64,000 nt of DNA from the human T2T-CHM13v2.0 reference genome, Homo sapiens. The stretch is taken from NCBI RefSeq assembly GCF_009914755.1, contig NC_060930.1; one strand, 5' to 3'. Made by a program: the position numbers and the translations under genes. The notes beneath the pieces are model-generated. The model was not told where the DNA came from. It made no database searches and saw only the letters and a program-made list of their open reading frames with translations. Shown here in pieces: positions 1 to 14,165 of the stretch. Positions within the stretch are counted from its first letter, which is position 1, and the number at the start of each line of letters is the position of its first letter.

Positions 1-230
1 ACTGCAACCTCCGCCTCCCGGTTCAAGCGATTCTCCTGCCTCAGCCTCCCGAGTAGCTGAGATTACAGGTGCCCGCCACCATGCCTGGCTAATTTTTTTT
101 TTTTTGTCTTTTTAGTAGACACGGGGTTTCACTATGTTGGCCAGGCTGGTCTCGAACTCCAGACCTCGTGATCTGCCCACCTCAGCCTCCCAAAGTGCTG
201 GGATTACAGGCATGAGCCCCCACGCCCAGC
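1..230 (-). mobile_element. Alu (AluS-type), cut by the window edge
   Basis: Antisense Alu consensus, e.g. ctcccaaagtgctgggattacagg. Confidence 0.95.
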
Positions 231-1166
231 TGGATCCACAGTTTTAACCTGTGACTGCCGAAGTGTATACATTTTTCTACTTTCATGCCCTGCCAGTCCT
301 GTGTGTGGAAATTCAAGTTTTCCAGTGGTTTTTTGAGGTGGGAGAGGTGGGAGCAAGAGGAGGAGGAAGTTTTTCCTAAGAAGTCCAGCTCAGCTCAGAC
401 CTTTCATGTGGCTCACACGCGTGTCTGTGTTTTCTCACTCATGGCCAATCGCGCCGCCTTTCATCCAGCCCACAGCCCTGCCAAGGGCCTGCCCGTTGCC
501 TGAGTGTATCTGGAGTTCAAGAAAACACAAACAGATAAGCCATCTGCAGTGCTCACATTCCAACTGGAGAAATAGGCTAAAAGAGAGGGAGGTGGGTGGG
601 GGAAGAAAGGGAGGGAGAGAGAGAGAATTACTGCATCCAAAATTATGCTAATGACAGAAGGGCCAGTGGCAGAGAGCTGGGAGGGAGCCGACCTTTGATG
701 GTGGGTGAGGTCGCTCTTGTGGACAGGATAATCAGGGCACCTCTCTGAGGAGGTGACATCTAAATCAGGAGCAGAGGCAGAGGCATGGGAAAGGTGCTCC
801 AGGCAGAGGAGGCAGCAGAACAAAGGGCCCCGCATGTCCTAGTAGCCTCAGGGAGGGAGGCTAGTATGAGGGTTCGGCTAAAACTTGAGCTTGGAGCAAC
901 TCTGTCACCTGCAAGGACAAGGAAGCTTGAAGCGTCTGCATGGTGGAGGCACCAGCATCCACGACCAGCTCCAATATGGGAACCACATGGTCAGCCTCTG
1001 AGATTTTGGAAAATCATGCCCTTTAGGCAAACAGCTGTTTTCTTTTTGAGAAATGTATTTCTCCTGGGCCCTGGAAGACTAAATGCCTGGTCCGGGGACC
1101 CCAGTGTCCTGCCTGCCCTTCACAAAATGCTGCTCTCGGACTCGCCCAGCCAACGAGCTGATGTAC

Positions 1167-1463
1167 CCAGCAGGGGTCCCTCAGGAGGCAGAAGTGGATA
1201 GGTGATATCCAGCAGGGGTCCCTCAGGAGGCAGAAGTGGATAGGTGATATCCAGCAGGGTTCCCTCAGGAGGCGGAAGTGGATAGGTGATATCCAGCAGG
1301 GGTCCCTCAGGAGGCGGAAGTGGATAGGTGATATCCAGCAGGGGTCCCTCAGGAGGCGGAAGTGGATAGGTGATATCCAGCAGGGGTCCCTCAGGAGGCG
1401 GAAGTGGATAGGTGATATCCAGCAGGTGTCCCTCAGGAGGCGGAAGTGGATAGGTGATATCCA
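1167..1463. repeat. 42-bp VNTR, ~7 copies (ccagcaggggtccctcaggaggcRgaagtggataggtgatat)
   Basis: gatat recurs at 1204, 1246 and onward; 14-aa periodicity in overlapping ORFs. Confidence 0.97.
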
Positions 1464-1772
1464 GTGGCTGGGGGCGGGGGTGGGGGTGAGGGGCAAGCAC
1501 AGGTGTGTGCTGTGTAAGCAGGTGCCCAGGCCCCTGGAGAACCTCCCACTGCACTTTCCCTGTGGCCTCAGCAAGGAAGGGGCCCTCGCTGACTGGATGA
1601 GTAGGAGGGTCCCCCAGGCCTGGTCTGGTCTGGAGAGAGCTCTGTACATGTGTGGACCCCAGTATGTGGACCACATGCTGCTTCTGCTCCAGTAACACCT
1701 GTGGGTTAACTCGGTGCTTCTCCACATGGTAATCACACAGTATTGTTTCTGACCAGGAACCTCACAGCAACG

Positions 1773-2125
1773 TGTTATGTGCTGAGTATCTGGGTCCTCC
1801 CAAAATTCATGTGCTGAAGACCTGGCCCCCTGCGTGATGGTGTCTGGAGGTGGGGCCTTTTTGGGGAGGGTTAGGTTTAGATGAGATCATATGGGTGGGG
1901 CCCCATGATGGGACTAGTGCCCTTGTAGAAAAGGAAGAGAAACCTCTTCCTACAGCCATCTCTCTCTGCCATAGGAGGACACAGTGAGAAGGTGGCTCTT
2001 CAAGCCAGGAAGAGGTCCCTCACCAGGACCTACATTTGCTGGCACCATGAGCTTGGACTTCCAGCCTCCAGGATGGCAAGGAGTCCATGTGTGCTGTTTA
2101 AGCCACCCCTTATGTGCTACTTCGT
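1773..2125 (+). mobile_element. MaLR solo LTR (MLT1A-like)
   Basis: MLT1-type motifs cccaaaattcatgtgctgaa and ggacttccagcctccagga; ends approximate. Confidence 0.7.
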
Positions 2126-2804
2126 CCCAACTGCCCAAACCTGGAGCAAGGGAATGAATGGGCTGATACTTCCAGGATTCATGGGTCTCACCATGTTCAG
2201 GAACTGTGCCTCTTTAGAATGAGATGCGGCCTACTGAGGGGTCCTCACAGCCCTGGTGGGACTGGGGTGCATCCTGGTTGAGCAGTGCATGCTCTGAGCC
2301 ACTGTACTATCTGGTGCCTTTTCTCCCCTTGCAGACTCTACAAGTGGAGATTGAAGGACTGTACGTGATAGTGGAATTACTCACATTGATACCCAACAAC
2401 TTGCCAAGAAACTATTTCCTTTCTCTGTGCTCCGGGGCCCTGCTGGGGGAATGCTTCCCCTAGGGACACCAATGCTGTTCCGCCACCCTGGCTCTCAAGA
2501 CTGTGCCATCACAGGCAGGGGCCACACCATGGGGCGGCCTCTCCTGACTGGCAAGGGGGATGTCAGGGCACTGTTCCTCCATGCGGCAGGGAGGAAGCAC
2601 CCCCGCACCACCAGCCCAGTGGGGAAACATTAACAGAAGACAGCAGCAACCCAAGGGCAGGGGCCCTCCACCTTCTGGGACCACAGGGAAATACAGACAA
2701 AGATTCCCAAGCAGCTCTGGGGCCAGGTTCGAGGACGGTGTGAGAGGGGCAGCTGGGAACATCACGGGTACAGGGACCTGCACAGGGGCTGAGGGCTGTG
2801 CCAG

Positions 2805-3210
2805 CTGTGTTGGCTTCCTGCAGCTGCCATCACAAAGTCCCACAGGTGGGCAGCTTAAACAGCAGGCTGCTCTCACAGCCCTGGAGGCTGGAAGGCCAAG
2901 ATCAAGGTGCTGGCAGGGCACATTTCTCCTGAGGCCTGTCTCCTTGGCTTATAGAGGGCCACCTTTTCCCTGTGTCTCTTCACATCGTCCTCCCTGTGTG
3001 TATGTCCCTCTCTGTGTCCAGATGTCCCTTTCCATAAGAACACCAGTCATGCTGGATTAGGTCCCCCCACCCCAATGACCTCATCATCACTTGATTACCT
3101 TAGTAAAGGCCCTGTCTCCAAAGACGGTCACATTTTTAGGTACTGGGGTTAGGACTTCAACAGGATAATTTTTTTTGGAGGGGTGAAACCTTGATTCAAC
3201 CCATGACAGT
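2805..3210 (-). mobile_element. MaLR solo LTR (MLT1B/C-like)
   Basis: ctcacagccctggaggctggaag-ccaagatcaaggtg and gtactggggttaggacttcaa motifs. Confidence 0.65.
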
Positions 3211-3824
3211 AGCTATTCACATTTTCATCCTGGGCCTTAGAGGAACTGATTTCTTCCACCACCCCCATTTCCCTGTTACCTTATATAGATTGTGCTGATG
3301 GTGGCCAACTTCCTGCGTTGCTCATGGTTTATAGGTGTTCAGTCTGAACTGGACTGGAAGAGAAAGATTGTCCAGGGCTGTAAAGAGAGACTGGTGAGAC
3401 TTGGGTTTTGTCTTTGGGAGACGATGTGCATGTTTTCATTGTTTGTGAAGAGCAGCTGTGTTATTTGGGTGGTGATGTCATGGCTGCCATCACTGTTACT
3501 TTGGAGGTGAACAATAGGAAGAAAGTTGTGTGGAGACTTTGAGCGGCTGCAGGCTGGAGTGTGGTGGATAGGACAGATGGGTTTTTTGTACTCAAGCTAT
3601 TTGAAAGCTGGAATCTCAAACTTCCTTGAAGCATTAATTTCCCCTGTGACTTGAGCTTTCCTGAGCAGCTATCCATGTGAGACTTGCAGGGAGGTGGTAG
3701 CCACATCGAGCCACCTCTGCAAGCCAGGGAGCAGGATGATCGCTGTGACCAGGGTGGCTGAAGCAGGTCTAGCTGCCAATGTCCAGAAGCTCCTGCTTGT
3801 GGACTTTCATGTACCAGCAGCCTG

Positions 3825-3960
3825 CTTATCGAGCATTTGAAATGTGGAGAGTGTGGCCACACAATTAAAATTTAAATTCTATTGAATTTCAAGTAATTTA
3901 AATTGTAAGTAGTTTAAATACCAAATATGGCTAGTGGCTAGCAAGTCAGACAGCACAGCG
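3825..3960. mobile_element. hAT-Charlie MITE fragment (MER3/MER33-like)
   Basis: gagcatttgaaatgtgg ... atatggctagtggcta ... gacagcacag. Confidence 0.5.
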
Positions 3961-4648
3961 TGAGAGCATACCTTTAAGGTGGGTGTGCCTAGAGATTCAC
4001 CAAAGAGAGCTGATGTGGCCAAGGTCACAGGGGCTTTGTATGCTGGACCAAAGAGCCCAGAGTTTTCGATTTTTCTCTTGAAGAACAAGAGCTGCTGAAG
4101 TTGTTGTTGTTGTTTAACATAGTCAGGTGATACGGGCACAATTATTTTCTGACAGAATTTTAAGCTGCTATGTGAAGAGATTGAGAGAGGCAACGTGGTG
4201 GCAAGATGCCAGCCAAGAGGTTACTACAATTGCCTGGATGAGACGTGTCGATTGCAGAGACAAGCTGGAGGTGATGGGAATGGGGAAAAAGCGCACAGTC
4301 AAGAACTCTGCAGGGGAACACCTGTTAGGATCTGACCGCTGACGGTGTGCTGGGGGGTAAGACGGAAGCTTCGGACCCCAGGATCTTGGGATTTATCACT
4401 TGCAAATGGCATGTATGGGAATGTCTCAGCGGAGTTAGGGAATGAAGGAGCAGTAGCATGTCCAGGCGGAGGTTGGGTGAAGATGTGGACGCAGGATTGG
4501 AAGGGCCGGTGTGAAGTGCTGTCTCACATCCAGGTGGCAACGTGCAGCGCACAGCGGGCAGAAGCTCGAGGAAGCCCCAGCTAGAGACAGCACTTTCTTG
4601 TTTTCAGTCACCTTTGCGCTGCAGGTGGTATTAAATAGTGCTTCTTCA

Positions 4649-5049
<401 letters not shown>

Positions 5050-5326
5050 TCACAACCACTTTCACCCTTGAAGATCCTTTGTAAAGTTAAGTTTTTTCCT
5101 AACAGACCTGTTATATAAAGACTTTGTCTTATAAGGAAGTATTTATTATGTAACATGTTTGTCCCCTCTAAAGAGGACATTTTAAAGGAGACATTTAAAT
5201 TTCTCCTTCATGTGAGACATCCAGTGTTAGTATACTGGGTTAATATAAAACCAAACAAAACTCAAATAGACATGACTTTTCACCTCTGCAGGTTTACGGT
5301 GTGTGAACTTATGATTCTCATCAACT

Positions 5327-5635
<309 letters not shown>

Positions 5636-5960
5636 TTCATCAGCTTTTCTTAATACTGATGGAGCCCACGGACTCCTGGTCCTGTTGTGAACTTCAGGTT
5701 GGCAATCGCTTGCCCTGGGCTGTATGAGGAGCCAGTGGCAGGACCCTGTCTGACCGGTGACCCATGGGGGCTCTGGCCATCGCAGTGCACGGGTCCTGAG
5801 GGGGCTCCCAGAGCTGCAGGGCTGAGCGCGTTCTGCATGGCCTGCAGGTCTAGCTGTACAAGCACTGCCCTCTGCTGGCATTTTGTAACAATTGCAAACA
5901 CACAGAACTTACTTGTCCCGCAACGTAGTGAAGTTTCCAGAAGGAAAAGAGATGAATTTA

Positions 5961-6260
<300 letters not shown>

Positions 6261-6909
6261 AAGAGGTGAATTTATATAGTTAACAGGCCACGTTCAACAA
6301 GGCCACCCCAGCCACCCGAGGCCCCATGTAGAATTTTGAATGGCCACATGCGTAGTGGACGCTGAACAGGGAACTCGTAAATTCCAGCCCAGTCCCCACC
6401 TATTCACTCATTTACAAATAATGATTTGTGCCCAGCACCGGGCCAGGCATAGAAAGAAGAAAAGGATTGCAACTCTCAGGGGTGCTCCAGGCTAGGGGGA
6501 GAGAGGCGCACACAAGAACAATTTCACTTCAGTCTCTTCCTCGATCCGGTATGAGGCTGTATAAAGGGCAGTCCGGATTGTATGGAGGTAATAATGTCTG
6601 AGCTGAAATGGAAAGGATTACGCAGGATTTGTCTGTTGGACATCTCTGACCAAAACGGCACTGAAACCTGATGACAGTACTTAGCACCAGGTATCTGAGT
6701 GGGAGGCTGTTGAGAGTAAATGGAGTTACGGTGGAAGAAATTCTGAGGTCCTTTAAAATGACCAAGCTGCACGGGACCTTGCCATGTATCTGCTGGCATG
6801 TATGATTTGGTGTGAAAATATCAGGCCCAGATAACAGCCAAATTGCCTCACTTTCTGCAAGCTAAACACAGTCTAACTGCGTTAGCTACACACACACACT
6901 CTCTCTCTT

Positions 6910-7317
6910 TCATGCATCACTGAATGATGGAAACACGTTCTGGTAATTTCATCACTGTGTCGACATTAGAGAGTGCATTTACACAAACCTAGATGGTATA
7001 GCCCATTGTGTACTTAGGCTCTATGGTGTAGCCTATTGCTCCCAGGCTACAAACCTAAGCAGCATGGTACTGTGCTGAATACTGTAGGCAACTGTAACAC
7101 AATGATAAGCATTTGTGTATCTAGACATATCTAAACATAGAAAAGGTACAGTAAAAATATGATATGGTATTGTCATCCTATAGGACCACCATTGTATATG
7201 CATCTATCTATCTATCTATCTATCTGTCTATCTGTATAGATATAGATATATACAGTCATGCACGACACAATGTTTCGGTCAGTGACTGACTGCATATACA
7301 AAGGTGGCCCCATGAGA
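6910..7317. mobile_element. Tigger3/Golem-type TcMar MITE plus an oppositely oriented terminal fragment
   Basis: acacaaacctagatggtatagcc ... gctacaaacct ... aaaggtacagtaaaaata; tacagtcatgc TIR at 7251. Confidence 0.7.
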
Positions 7318-7320
7318 TGA

Positions 7321-7505
7321 CTCTCTCTCCCTCTCCCTCTCCCTCTCCCTCTCCCTCTCCTCTCCCCCTCCCTCTCCCCCTCCCCTCCCCCTCCCCTCCC
7401 CCTCCCCTCCCCCTCCCCTCCCCCTCCCCTCCCCCTCCCCTCCCCCTCCCCTCCCCCTCCCCTCCCCCTCCCCTCCCCCTCCCCCTCCCCCTCCCCCCCC
7501 TCCCT

Positions 7506-7550
<45 letters not shown>
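7321..7550. repeat. Pure polypyrimidine tract (CCCT/CCCCT repeats then (CT)n)
   Basis: ~230 nt of only C and T on +. Confidence 0.95.
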
Positions 7551-7552
<2 letters not shown>

Positions 7553-7849
7553 GAACCATTCTTAGAGTTAGCTGCTCCACACCCTTTCTTTCACCTTCCT
7601 TTGTCGCCTCATCCAGCAGGCTTCCCGGAATGCAGATGCTGGCATCTGGAAGCATGAAGATGAGGCCTGTGAGTTAGAGGTCCTTTGGGACCGGGAGGGC
7701 TCAGAGGAGCTGGGCTGCCATCCAGCCTGCCCTGAGGCTCGCCTGAGAGATCTACAAACTTAGACCTCAGAAGGCTGCTGTCACTTTGGGCTTCCTGCTG
7801 CTCACAGTGAAACCTAATCTTTTTTCAGGGAATGGTTAATCGTTTTATG

Positions 7850-8560
7850 GAGATATAATTCACATACCATACAATTTACCCATTTGAAATGTACCACCTT
7901 CAGTATGTTTACAGGGTGTGTGACCATCATCACATTCTAATTTTTGAACATTTTTGGCACCCCCACCAAAAAAAACACTTTACACCCATTATCAGTCACT
8001 ATCTATTCCCTCTCCACTAATGTTCTCCTTGGCAACCACCAATCTGCTTTCTGTCTCTGTGGATTTGCTGTCCTGGACATTTTATGTAAATGAATCACAC
8101 CACATGTGGCCTTTGTGTCTGGCTTCCTTCACTGTGTAGTGTTTCAAGGCTCACCTATGTTGGAGCATTTATCAGCACTCCGTTTATTTTTGTGGCTGAA
8201 TAATATTCCATTGCATGGATAGCACATTTTGTTTCTCCATGAATCCACTGGTGGATATCTGGGTTGTTTCCATGTTTTTACTGATACATATTCATACACA
8301 CTTATGGGGTAGGTGTGGTGTTTTGTTGCATGCACAGAATGTGTTATGACCAAGTCAGAGGATTTAGGGTATCCATCACCTGCAGTATTTATTATTTCTA
8401 TATGTTGGGAACGTCTCAAGTCTTCTAGCTATTTTGAAACATACAATACACTGTTGATAACTATAGTCACTGTATTCTGCTATTGAACATTAGAACTTAT
8501 TCCTTCTACCTAACTGCATGTTTGTGCCTATTAACCAATCTTTCTTCACCCCTGAAACTT
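7850..8560 (-). mobile_element. Old L1 (L1M-type) 3' fragments
   Basis: ttcacataccatacaatttacccattt, tggctgaataatattccattg; ORF 8144..8419 is L1-like. Confidence 0.6.
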
Positions 8561-8849
8561 AATCTTAACTACTTTACTTTGTAATACATTTCGTTTGTTT
8601 GATTAGGATAGTTACTTTCTATTGCTTGTAACCAAGGAACCGTAACTAATATAGAAATTGATATGAGAAAGCAACACATCTTCAGGGAAATGTGGAGAAT
8701 TGAGGACAGATTACTGGGTGTGGAGCTGGATTGAAAAGCAGTGACACACCCGTTGATATGATGGGAAGGGGGCTGGCAGGCGATGGGGCACCCGGCCAGT
8801 GGGTCAGACTCTTGCCCATGTTCCCTGGAGGCATCTAGGAGAACACTGA

Positions 8850-9147
8850 TTTCTCACAGTTCTGGAGACTGGAAGTCCGAGATCAAGACACCCTCATGTT
8901 TGGGTCTTGGTGATGGCCCTCTTCCTGGTTTCACACTGCTGACTGCTAGCAGTATCTTCACATGGTAGAGAGTAGAATGAGCTTCAGTCTCTTTCTCTCC
9001 TATCGGGTCACTAATCCCATTCATGAAGATGCCATCCTCATGATCTAATCACTCCTCGAAGGCCCCACCCCTTAATACCATTCCTTTGGGGGTGAGGATT
9101 TCAACGTACAAACTTGGTGGTGGGCACAAACATTCAGTCCGTAGCAG
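8850..9147 (-). mobile_element. MaLR LTR fragment (MLT1A/MST-like)
   Basis: tctcacagttctggagactggaagtccgagatcaag ... cacaaacattcagtccgtagca. Confidence 0.6.
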
Positions 9148-9378
9148 ATGGCGTTTCACTGGGCAGGTGCTGTGTTTGGGCAATCCTATCAGAATCACGC
9201 AGGAGCCTTGCTAAAACGCTCCTTTCTGTGACTAGGGCCGCACCTACCGTGAATCAGTAGATGGCCCACAAGGGCACGAGTAGTTAACTCAGTCACTGTG
9301 CTTCTTACAGCGGATACTGAGGGGCATTCTGTTCTTAGGAGAGACTGGACAAAGAAACTGAGTCAGTGCTGAAGTCAA

Positions 9379-9484
9379 GTGCAGATCTGGAGTTAATTCC
9401 AATACTACAAAATGAATTATAGTTTCAGGTGCAGAACTGGAGTTAATTCCAATACTTACAAAATGAATTATAGTTTCAGGTGCA
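9379..9484. repeat. Tandem duplication of a 50/51-bp unit
   Basis: gtgcagaWctggagttaattccaatac...gtttcag at 9379 and 9429; partial third copy at 9480. Confidence 0.9.
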
Positions 9485-9699
9485 TATCTAGTTTCCAGCT
9501 TTATAAATACTTGGTACAAAATAGATAATTTAATTACTGTCATGCTGAAAGAGGAAGCTGAAGAAAACTCAATGTCAGATGGGTGCCAAATGCAGTAGAA
9601 TGTGTGAGACTGTTGGGCTCGTGGTGATATTGTATAAATTAATGTCTGGCTTGCATTAATTTTTGCATTATTTTATGAAGCTTCATATTCATAAAATTA

Positions 9700-9982
<283 letters not shown>

Positions 9983-12748
9983 AATTAACACCAGATCATT
10001 CTAAGGCTAAACTCAGAAGCAGAGATCTGCACAATCAGTCTGTTGTACGGACACGTGCTGGGGGTACACACTCCACCCTTTTAGTCTTTTACACTCTCCT
10101 CTGCACCTCCAGCTCCTCACCTTAAAGGCCCCACAAGGGTCACCAGGGACCCCTGGCTTGTCTTTGACACCAGTGCTTTTGGGCCCTGGGAGTAGCAGAG
10201 GTAAAGGCAGCAGGGTCAGTGAACAAGGCTCACACACTGTCCATTTGTGCCACAGCTGAAACCTGAAATCCGCAACCCCAGCATCTTGGCAGTGGCAGTG
10301 CCCATAAATGGTGCTTGGCCCTGCCCTGGCCCCTTATTGTGAAGATCCAGCCTTCCGCCCTCCCACCCTCACCCCCTGAGCTGGCTTCCCTAGAGATCTG
10401 AGCAGCAGATCACGCCGAGCTGATGTGGCCTGAGCCAGCTACTCCCCCGATGGTCCTTGCTGGTGACAAACTGGTAATGACAGTGGCAAGTGTGGGCTCC
10501 ATAAACCTCCTACAATTGACACAAGGAGGTTGTCAGGCTCAGGAGGGCCCCTGGGCCTGGTCCGGGAGTGCTCAGTGTGCCTGGCCCTCCCTGCAGAGTG
10601 GTGAAGGGGAGGGGCTTAGTGGACTGACACGGGTGAGACCTGGGGCTGGTGGTGGTGAGTGACAGGGTGGAGGCAGAGTGTGTGGTGTTCCAGCTTGGCA
10701 CTCTCAGAGCCCGCTGTTTTCAAGGTTGGACTTTTCTCATCACACTTGTAGGTAATGAGGTAGAAAGGTAATAAGGTCGAAAAGTAATGAGGTAGAAAGC
10801 ACGGGGCTGATTGAAGAGGAGATCGCTGGACACCGCAGGAAGGTCAAGCTGAGGTGGTGATGGGGAGAGAGGCAGGGGTTTTCGAGGCTCTCTTCTCTGA
10901 CTATTCCTGCACCGGGGAGGATGTTGGCACGTGATCTGGAAGACAGAAAGGGGCCCGGAGGAAGAGGGGATTTAAGGGCCTTGGGCAGCTCTGATCAAAG
11001 GGACACATGATTGCCCCCCAGGAGGCCCTTGGCGTCCCACTGTCCATCTCTAGGGCTGCTTGACCATCCTTGAAGAGTCTCGGAAACCCATCAGACTGAT
11101 CCTGGGGTGTCCAGACTGTCCATATTGACGTTTAACCATCTGAGAATGGCCCCCTCACCTGGAGTCACAGGCTGACATCCCCAGACAAATGTGTGCCAGA
11201 ATATCCTGGTGTTTTCTGCAAGGCAGCATGTTTTCTGAGCACCCGTTATCTGCAAGCAGGTGCTCAGGTTCCAGCAGTGACCGCCTCTCACACCCACAGT
11301 GTGGCTGCGCCGGCTATGGAGAGCCCTGGGCAGTGCTGAAGTCCGCAGCCAAAGAGGCCGATGCAAATTGCAGAGAGCGCTCAGAGTGCTCGGCCCGAGG
11401 AAGCTGTCCTCAGATGACAGCTTCACGTGGCAGGTGTGTAACCTGTTGTCCTCACTTGGAGGGAGGCACCTTCATCCCTATGAGGCCTAAGCAGGCAGAA
11501 CTACAGGACAGAGCCAGCTCTAGCATATGCGCCATGCAGGGCGGCAGAGCCAGCTCCAGGACCCGTGCCACACTGGGTGGCAGAGCTAGCTCCAGATCTC
11601 CAGGGCTATGGGCTGCATTCAGATCCACCTGTACAAACAAGACACAGTTATTGTACCTGAAAGGTCGTGGGCCAGATACAATGTCAAGAATGTGTTGAGC
11701 CCTAAATTTGGGGGAAGCAGTAATTTTCACTCACAGCCCGCGGGGCTGCATTGGGAAGTGGGAGTCAGGGCTCCCTGGCTCCTTTATAAGCCCCGCTTGT
11801 TTTCTGCAAATACTGCTAATGTCCCAGATTGGCATTAATCAGGACAAGTAATTAGCTGAATTTTGAGAACAACAACAAATACATATATATCTATATATTA
11901 TATGTCTATAATTTATATCTATACCTATCATATGTACATATAGGTACATATATGTACCTCCATCCATGTAAGGATGACAGATCTATATCTATCATTATAC
12001 ATATGATAGGTGTATGGGGGATTCTTTTAAGTTCTATAAAAATATCTTTATGTCCTCAGATGCATCTGAGATTGAGCATTAAGCTGAGTTTCTCCACAGA
12101 TAAAGGTGACAGCCCAAGTGTGAGTCCAACTCTCCTCTCCAGGCCTGTCAGTGGATTCTTAGACGATATTCAGTTCAGCATTTGGGGTCCAGCGTTACAA
12201 CACTGAGCCACTGGGAGGCAATTCTCCATGGGTCTCTTGCCTTTCTGCGGTCTCTAGCTGCTTTGGCTCTGAACTGTCTTTCCAAGGACATTTGTGTAGT
12301 AGACAGCCCTGGGAGGCAGAGGCAGCATCTCTCTCTGTGGCCAAGGGCAGGCGTCTTCCTGTCCACTGTAATCGGGTGTCCCCTTCCAGGGCAATGGGGG
12401 GTGGGTTTGCCTGCATCCCTCCATGAACAATTAGGGTTTCCTAAGTCAGGGTCCTCATCTGTGATGCAAATTCAACGTGTGCAGCATGTCCACCTGGGCC
12501 ACTGTCCACCAACCCATAAGGCTTGGGGCCCACAGGGACCGATGTGTGCGGGGCCCATGCTGTTTGCTGGGCCTAGCTGTTTGCTAGGTCTGTGACCTAG
12601 AAGTCTTGTGCCTTCATCCAGCATCCGTGAGCCTGCAAGTAGGGCCAAGCCTCAGAGACTTACTTCAGTCTGGACAGCTTGTCTTCCCCAACCAAAAAAA
12701 TATGTGCAGGTGGACAAGTGTACGCAGAGCCACGCTCAACTACATGTA

Positions 12749-13215
12749 TGCGGCAGGCGGGATAATCCATCCCCCCCACCAAAGTCCACGTCCTAATCCC
12801 TGGAAGCTGTGACAAAGGGGAACTGAGGTTGCTGGTGGAATTCAGGGTGCTAATCAGACCACCTTAAAATAGGGAGAGTTTCCCAAATATCCTGGTGGGC
12901 CAGTGTGCTCACAGGGCTTAGAATTGGAAGAGGGAGGCAGGAGGGCTGGGCGGAGGAGAGGGTGTGAGAACTCCACCTGCCACTGCTGAATTTGCAGGAG
13001 GGAGGGAGGGACCACGAGCCACCAAGCGCAGATGGCCTCTGGAAGCTGGAAGAAAATCGGATTCTCCCTGAGAGCCTCTGGAAGGAGGCAGCCCTGCCCA
13101 CATACCGGTTTTAGTTCAGAGAGCCCTGTCTTGGACGTGTGACCCACAGAGCTGTAAGACAGTAGAATATGCTGCTGTTTTAGATTTGCTATGGCAGATA
13201 TAGAAAATGATACAC
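12749..13215 (+). mobile_element. MaLR solo LTR (MLT1D/E-like)
   Basis: gtccacgtcctaatccctggaa ... gcctctggaagctggaag ... gattctccctgagagcct. Confidence 0.65.
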
Positions 13216-13782
13216 AGAGGATGTAAGAGGCATTTTTTTCAAATGATGCCTCTTTCAGTAGGCATTTTTTGGGCACTTCTGGGTACAGCAGGAGGCAGGA
13301 TTTCTTCTGCATCTATTGTTTGTCCTGCAATTTCCTCAGTGGGATCCAGGGCTCCTGCCTACACAGTGAGTCTCACAGATTTCAGCAAGGCCCCCTTCAC
13401 CCTGCTGGGAGAGCAGCTCAGAAAATGGGGCATCCTACTACAGGAGCAAAGGTGTGTGTGTGTGCCTGTGTCAGTATGGTGTTTTGTGTGTGTGTGTGTG
13501 TGCTGCTTGCTGACACATGCTGGTTAGGAATTTACCAAATAGGAAGAAGAAATTAGGTTGGAGAGCCAAGGACCAACAGTGCAGACTGGCTTTATGTCTG
13601 TATTAAGAAGGGATGGGCATGCTGAGGCCAGGTGGCAAAGCACAGGAGACACAGTGAGGTAAAAATCCTATTCCCAGGGCCATGTGCTGGGCACCTGCTT
13701 TGCTGCACAAGATGACCGTCCACTGTCTCCTGCCAGCCCCAGATCCATCACACAGCTGGGCTCCTCTCAGGGGTGCATCCCC

Positions 13783-14165
13783 CCCACACACACACAGGCC
13801 CTAATGCACACACAGATAAACATACATCCATATGTTCACATGTGCATATGTGCTCTCATGCACGTTTATGCATGTATACACATGCATGAAATCATACTTC
13901 CACATATACACACATAAGCACACACGTACACACATGCATATGCATGAACTCACCCACCCACACACCTGTGCACACACACATAAGCATACATGTGTACACA
14001 CTCATGAACTCACCCGCCTACACATGCGCACATGTGCACACACAAGCACACACACACACGTGCATACACATGCATGAACTCACCCACTTACGCACACATG
14101 TGCACCTACACATATGTACATACACACATATGCATGAGCTCACCCACCTGCACACACCCACGCAC
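13783..14165. repeat. Degenerate CA-rich repeat with ~60-bp higher-order unit (tgcatgaactcacccac)
   Basis: Motif recurs near 13883, 13941, 14002, 14071, 14131. Confidence 0.85.

Noticed and set aside
1023-1736. 237-aa and 201-aa repeat ORFs; CRISPR-like look
   Set aside because: Head-to-tail 42-bp VNTR with no unique spacers, in eukaryotic DNA; ORFs are by-products
7212-7655. Gly/Arg/Glu-rich and Pro/Ser-rich ORFs
   Set aside because: Translation of the polypurine/polypyrimidine tract
11942-11959. 18-bp palindrome aggtacatatatgtacct
   Set aside because: Lies in TA-rich low-complexity DNA where palindromes arise easily
10000-12740. Possible lncRNA or small gene in the repeat-poor downstream block
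   Set aside because: No coherent exon structure or protein similarity; cannot be supported from sequence alone
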